A DNA stretch of 64,000 nucleotides, from contig JBEKHN010000008.1 in the NCBI GenBank assembly GCA_050012255.1, positions 1-64,000 of the forward strand, given 5' to 3'. A model generated the notes under the pieces. The model made no database searches. It was not told the DNA's origin and saw only the letters and a program-made list of their open reading frames with translations. This document shows positions 59,245 through 64,000 of the stretch, piece by piece. The stretch's first letter is position 1, and every line of letters begins with the position of its first letter. Source of the DNA: Candidatus Bathyarchaeia archaeon (GTDB taxonomy: Archaea; Thermoproteota; Bathyarchaeia; Bathyarchaeales; Bathycorpusculaceae). A program made the translations under genes and the position numbers.

Positions 59245-60879
59245 ATGAATGCAAGAGCCATCCTTGCCTTGGGCTTGTCCGCATTGTTTTTTTGCGCTTT
59301 CGTTGCTGGATTTAGCTACGGGGATGTGAAGTCTTCAGTCGCGAATCCTGTTCATAACATCAACACTGGCTTGAACTACACGTCTATTCAGGGAGCGATA
59401 GATGCTCCTGAAACTGTGAACGGGCACACGATTCTGGTTGATTCGGGAACATACAACACACCTCTGGTTGTTGACAAGTCTTTGAGGATAATCGGAAGTG
59501 GAAGAAACACTACTGTCATCAACGGAGTAGGAGGATTTGTTGTCCACGTGGTCGCCAGAGATGTTCTTATTGAAGGGTTTTCGATGAAGGGTGGTTCAGG
59601 CGTGTTGGCACTTGGCGTGTACTTTGATCATTCGGACAACTCTGTCCTCCGGGACAACAATGTTTCGGGCGTCAACGCCGGCGCGGATTTTTATGGAGTC
59701 TATGCTGCTTACTCTAATAATCTGACCATCGACCAGAACATCATCGGACCCGATTCTTCTTCGGGCATTCTGATCACAAACTCGCTGGATTTCAGGGTTT
59801 CAGACAATTATGTGCATGATAATATTGGCTATGGAATCAACGCCAACGCTTCCAGCAACGGACTGATCATGGGAAACGATGTCATCGGAAACTCGTATGA
59901 TGGAATCGGGTTGTCAAGGGGTTGCCAGAACATCACTATAACAGGGAACACTATAGAAGGCCCCAGCGAGTTCGGTCTCCATGTTATTGATCGTGACTGT
60001 GTGGACAACGTTATCTATGACAACAATTTCATCAGCAATAGTAAGCAGGCATCAGTCGTTTCAACGAATCGCTGGGATAACGGAGTTGAAGGTAACTTCT
60101 GGAGTGATTATGCTGGTGTTGACCAGGATCATGATGGAATAGGTGACTCGTCATATGGTTTGAACGAGAACAACACGGACAATTATCCTTTGATGGGCAA
60201 TTTTTCTGTTTTTGAGACATCGTTGGGTTTCAACGTTGACGTTATCTCCAACTCGTCAATAGCCACGTTTTCCTATTTCCTGTGGAACGGCACGATTACG
60301 ATGCATGTTAAAAGCAACCCACTGAATCAGGCCTTCGGCTTCTGCAGGGTTCGCCTTTCTCACGGCTTGATGACTGAACCGTACAATGTTACGGTGGACG
60401 GAGCTACCCCGTTGTCTTGGAACTCCACGCTCTACGACGACGGGGGCAGCAGGTGGATCTACTTCCTGTACGGAAGCTCGAACCATGAAGTGCTGATTCG
60501 CGGTCGGTCGCCTCCTCCAACCGTTTCCATAATTTCGCCAGAAAACAAGACTTACACGGTGAGCGATGTCCCGTTGACGTTCACTGTTAACGAAGAAACT
60601 TCTTGGCTGGCCTATAGCTTGGACGGTCAGAGCAACATGACTATCAGTGGGAACACCACGTTGCCCGGTGTCTCCAACGGGACGCACACGCTTGTGCTCT
60701 ATGCGCGGAACAGTTTTGGAGACGTGAGCACTTCGGGAATCGTGTACTTCAGCGTGAGTGCTGGGGGTTTAGGTCTTTTTCCGTTTTTGCTTGCGACAGC
60801 GGTGGCGATTGTAGTGATTTTGGTTGTGGCATTTGTCTATTTGAGGAAGCTGAGGAGAAGGCGCGGGAAAAACGGGTAG
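59245..60879 (+). CDS. NosD/right-handed beta-helix surface protein with C-terminal anchor
   Basis: YTSIQGAID, GNFWSDY..D.D.DGIGD, Ig-like domain, TM followed by basic tail. Confidence 0.85.
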   Translation: MNARAILALGLSALFFCAFVAGFSYGDVKSSVANPVHNINTGLNYTSIQGAIDAPETVNGHTILVDSGTYNTPLVVDKSLRIIGSGRNTTVINGVGGFVVHVVARDVLIEGFSMKGGSGVLALGVYFDHSDNSVLRDNNVSGVNAGADFYGVYAAYSNNLTIDQNIIGPDSSSGILITNSLDFRVSDNYVHDNIGYGINANASSNGLIMGNDVIGNSYDGIGLSRGCQNITITGNTIEGPSEFGLHVIDRDCVDNVIYDNNFISNSKQASVVSTNRWDNGVEGNFWSDYAGVDQDHDGIGDSSYGLNENNTDNYPLMGNFSVFETSLGFNVDVISNSSIATFSYFLWNGTITMHVKSNPLNQAFGFCRVRLSHGLMTEPYNVTVDGATPLSWNSTLYDDGGSRWIYFLYGSSNHEVLIRGRSPPPTVSIISPENKTYTVSDVPLTFTVNEETSWLAYSLDGQSNMTISGNTTLPGVSNGTHTLVLYARNSFGDVSTSGIVYFSVSAGGLGLFPFLLATAVAIVVILVVAFVYLRKLRRRRGKNG

Positions 60880-60914
60880 ACACTTGTTCGAGTCTACTGT
60901 TTAAGGGTGTCTGT

Positions 60915-61820
60915 TTGCAGGGCAGGACGAGAAGGCAAGCTTTGGCAGAGGGGGTGACTGCCGGCGTTTTCTTCGGAACGGCGGCTGTCTTCATTAGGTT
61001 TGTGCAGGTTCTGGGTTCTTTCTCCATTGTGTTCTGGCGTCTTGTAATAGCCTGCGTTGCGTTGGTGGGGGTGCTTGTGGTGTGTGGCCGAGTGTTTCAG
61101 TTTAAGATTGTGAAGGAGAACTTGAAAGAGCTCTTGGGTCTCGGTCTTTTCTTGGGTCTTCACTTCGTTTTTTTCACTTTTTCCGTTCGGGACACGACGA
61201 TCCTGAACGCGACCGTTCTGGTGAGCACTGCGCCGGTTTTTTCGATGTTTGTTTCGAGCTATCTTTTCAGGGTTAAACCATCCCGCTTTGCGCTCGCGGG
61301 CTTAATGGTCTCTTTCATAGGTGTGTGCCTCATAGCTTTCGGTGAGACGATGGCTGCGAAGACGGTTGGTCAGAGTGTTTCTCCAACGTTGAAGGGCGAC
61401 TTGGAGGGCGTGGCTGCCGCTGCGGTTGAGGCTTTCTACCTCAACATTGGTGGGAGGGTCAGGAAGGAGATGGGTCTGTTGTCGGCGGTGCTGCCTATCT
61501 ACGCTTTTTCAGCGGTTATCGTGGCCGTGCTGAGCGTGCCCGCTGGAAACCTGATTTCACCGTTGCCGCTTGTTGCAGAAACCGCTCTTCCGCTGGTCGG
61601 GCTTGGATTGCTTCCGACGGCGATCGCTCACACGCTTTATTTTTCTTCTCTGTCGAACCTTAAATCGTATGAGACGGCTGCTCTTGCTTTATTGGAGCCC
61701 GTGGGTGCAACGCTTCTGGGTATAGCCGCTTTTCAGGAGGTGCCTGCTCCAGTTTTCGCATTCGGTGCTACCATGGTCCTGGCGGGCATATTCTTCGTTA
61801 TCAGGAACAGCCGTCGTTAG
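60915..61820 (+). CDS. DMT/EamA family transporter
   Basis: About 10 TMs, LLEPVGATLLG. Confidence 0.88.
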   Translation: MQGRTRRQALAEGVTAGVFFGTAAVFIRFVQVLGSFSIVFWRLVIACVALVGVLVVCGRVFQFKIVKENLKELLGLGLFLGLHFVFFTFSVRDTTILNATVLVSTAPVFSMFVSSYLFRVKPSRFALAGLMVSFIGVCLIAFGETMAAKTVGQSVSPTLKGDLEGVAAAAVEAFYLNIGGRVRKEMGLLSAVLPIYAFSAVIVAVLSVPAGNLISPLPLVAETALPLVGLGLLPTAIAHTLYFSSLSNLKSYETAALALLEPVGATLLGIAAFQEVPAPVFAFGATMVLAGIFFVIRNSRR

Positions 61821-61883
61821 CCGGCGTATGTTCCGGAAAGGTTGAGCCGAGACCTGGAGGACTGTTCATCCCTTACACATCCG

Positions 61884-61943
61884 TTACATCCCTGTGTTCG
61901 CGTTTTCACCTCGTCTATTTTACCCTCCCCCTCCCCCCTAGGG
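61884..61943 (-). repeat. G-string intergenic repeat, copy C
   Basis: Reverse complement ccctaggggggagggggagggtaaaatagacgaggtgaaaacgcgaacacagggatgtaa. Confidence 0.7.
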
Positions 61944-62212
61944 TGTTAGTACTGCACGTAGGTGCTGGTGAAGGCCCTACTGGATTTACATGGGCTTTGG
62001 GCCAAGTACGTATCTAGGGCTAGGCCGAGAGTCTGGGCAAGGATAGTGACTTTTCAATGTTTTCTATCATCGCCCCGTTTTCTGGTTTCTGTGTGTCCTG
62101 CTTAGAGTTAGCCTAAAGGCCCATCCCCTTCCTTGGGGTGTCAGTTTCCTGCTTCGTTACATGAGAAGAACGTGCGAAGAAAAGGGTGAGGTTTTCAGGG
62201 GATGAGGAGGAG

Positions 62213-62497
62213 CTACTCTTCCTCTTCAGTTGCCTTCCTACCCTTAACGATCAGCGTGTTTTCTTTGCCGCCTATCACTCTGAAATAGTTTTTCAGCTCG
62301 TTTTTGTGTAGGAACTTTTTCAGTAGAACTCGCAGGTATGTTCTTGAGACGTTTGCTTCTTCGCCTTTGACGACAAGTTCGTTTGTTCCCGTTTCGATTT
62401 TAGCGTTGGTTTTTTCCTTCAGATATGTCGCCAGTTCTTTTATCAGGTCGCTTCCTTCGCTTTTGAGTTCATTTATGTTTATTCTTGCTTCTGACAT
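62213..62497 (-). CDS. Ribosomal protein eL22 (L22e)-like
   Basis: SRTYLRVLLKKFLHKNELKNYFRVI resembles the eL22 SKRYLKYLTKKYL motif. Confidence 0.75.
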   Translation of the reverse strand: MSEARININELKSEGSDLIKELATYLKEKTNAKIETGTNELVVKGEEANVSRTYLRVLLKKFLHKNELKNYFRVIGGKENTLIVKGRKATEEEE

Positions 62498-62508
62498 GTG
62501 TTTTCACC

Positions 62509-63168
62509 TCATTTTCTGACTATTATCACTCTGACTTGGTCACATGCGTCCTCGCATGAGTCAGCGATCATCTCCAATGCTTCAAAAAGCTGGCTTACTA
62601 GCACGGCTACGCCGGCCCTCGGCAAGTCTTCTTTTCCAAGGAGGATTCGGGCTTTCTCGTGTATGTCGTCGACTTTTTCCTCTTCCCTTTCCACAGCGTC
62701 CGCAGCTTGAAGAGCTTCCTCTGTCTTCTTCATCATCCTGTTCACGCATGTCTGAAGAGAAACAGCACACTGTTCAACGCTCATAACCATCTCTATCAAC
62801 TCATCCTTAATTGACGCTGGAACATGCTCCATCGGTATCGCACCGAGGATGCGCGTTGATTCTCTGCTCCAGTCGGCGACCATGTCCACTCTTTTCACGA
62901 GGTCCATCAAGTCCTCTCGATCAGTGGGTGAGAGCTCCCCCGTTGATATTTCGGACATAACCCTTCTGCGCAGCGCGTCCGCTTCTTTTTCACTACTCGC
63001 TACTCTGTCGATGCATCTCTTCATCTCCTTCAAATCGGCCTTGACGGCCGCTCTTATCGCCTTCTCCAAGTCTTCCACTATGCCCGTTGTCAGGGCTAGA
63101 TGACGTTGAACTGAGGACAGAGCCTTTGTTTCCTGTCGCTTCGCGAACCACTTTATCAGTTCACTCAA
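62509..63168 (-). CDS. DUF47/PhoU-like protein
   Basis: EKEADALRR, DREDL, LEMIADSCEDACD. Confidence 0.88.
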   Translation of the reverse strand: MSELIKWFAKRQETKALSSVQRHLALTTGIVEDLEKAIRAAVKADLKEMKRCIDRVASSEKEADALRRRVMSEISTGELSPTDREDLMDLVKRVDMVADWSRESTRILGAIPMEHVPASIKDELIEMVMSVEQCAVSLQTCVNRMMKKTEEALQAADAVEREEEKVDDIHEKARILLGKEDLPRAGVAVLVSQLFEALEMIADSCEDACDQVRVIIVRK

Positions 63169-64000
63169 CAGCCAATTCCTCCTTGAGTCCCGTTTCTGGA
63201 TACTGGAACATGTGAGCCTTCTCGGGGGGGAAGCTGACGGTTACCTCTTCATCAACCTTTAACCATTGTCCCATCACTGAAGGCTTGACTATGACGATGT
63301 GGTCCTCGTTCTCAAGCATGATGTCGTACCGTATGTTTGTTCCCTCAAAAGTCACTCTCTCAACAGTGCCCATCATCGAGTTTGTGTCCTTTCTTCTTCC
63401 TTCTTCGAGGCTGAAGGCCTCAGGTCTTATCGCCAGAACTACTCTCTCACCCTTTTTCACTTCGTTGCTGACGGCTTGAACCCTTATACCGCCACGAAGC
63501 TCTATTAACGTTTCTTTGTTTTCAGACTCAGCCACGTATCCTTCTAGGAAGTCTGATTCTCCTATGAAGTTGGCCACGAACAGGTTTTCCGGTGACATGT
63601 AGAGCTCACTCGGGGTTCCCACCTGTTTGATGCTTCCCCTCTTCATAACTGCAATTCTGTCGGAGATCGCCATGGCCTCAGACTGGTCGTGCGTCACGTG
63701 AATAGCCGTCAACCCCAAATCCTTGGTCATCTTTCTGATCTCGTACCTGAGGTCGTTCCTCACCTTTGCATCCAACTGCCCGAGCGGCTCATCCAGAAGC
63801 AGCAGCTTGGCGCCTGCCGCCAGCGCCCTCGCAACGGCCACTCTCTGCATCATTCCTCCGCTCAGCTCGCTTGGGAAAGCGTCCAGCCTTTCATGCAGCC
63901 TGACCATTTCAAGCACTTCATGCCCAATCGTATCTGCTTTCTTCATGTCGAAGCCCTTCACCTTTGGGCCGTAGGTCACGTTGTTCCAAGCGTTCATATG
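63161..64000 (-). CDS. ABC ATP-binding protein with TOBE domain (5' truncated by window)
   Basis: LSGGMMQR, LLDEPLGQLD, HVTHDQSEA. Confidence 0.9.
   Translation of the reverse strand, partial: HMNAWNNVTYGPKVKGFDMKKADTIGHEVLEMVRLHERLDAFPSELSGGMMQRVAVARALAAGAKLLLLDEPLGQLDAKVRNDLRYEIRKMTKDLGLTAIHVTHDQSEAMAISDRIAVMKRGSIKQVGTPSELYMSPENLFVANFIGESDFLEGYVAESENKETLIELRGGIRVQAVSNEVKKGERVVLAIRPEAFSLEEGRRKDTNSMMGTVERVTFEGTNIRYDIMLENEDHIVIVKPSVMGQWLKVDEEVTVSFPPEKAHMFQYPETGLKEELAVE

Noticed and set aside
275-63974. Numerous antisense and overlapping ORFs in the track
   Set aside because: Shadows of well-supported genes with no motifs

Overview
Archaeal chromosome window, most likely Bathyarchaeia (inferred from egsA, psmB-aCPSF1, Lsm-rpl37e, an eL22-like ribosomal protein, a dockerin-like surface protein and GGTGA-type RBSs). 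Layout: (1) 1-7.9 kb, co-oriented accessory enzymes (methyltransferases, LLM oxidoreductases, VOC, GNAT, radical SAM). (2) 8-12 kb, two PfkA-family kinases, a class II aldolase and an acetamidase. (3) 12.5-16.1 kb, a translationally coupled operon in which a membrane protein ending in a 10-Cys (CA)n-GGG tail precedes a PqqD/RRE radical SAM-SPASM enzyme; this is the best candidate for an undescribed modification system. (4) 20.8-38.3 kb, a decayed defence/integrative island with nucleases, HEPN, Sir2, Cas1 and Dcm remnants, two tRNA 3' fragments and a tyrosine integrase. It is strongly enriched for the palindrome GCGCGCGC at gene junctions and truncation points and carries a repeated TTTGGG-ATAAAACTTTA-CCCCC box. 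(5) 38.3-46 kb, an envelope-type module with a thrice-repeated promoter motif. (6) 50-64 kb, core housekeeping genes. No CRISPR array, rRNA or intact tRNA was seen. All calls are by eye, with no database searches.
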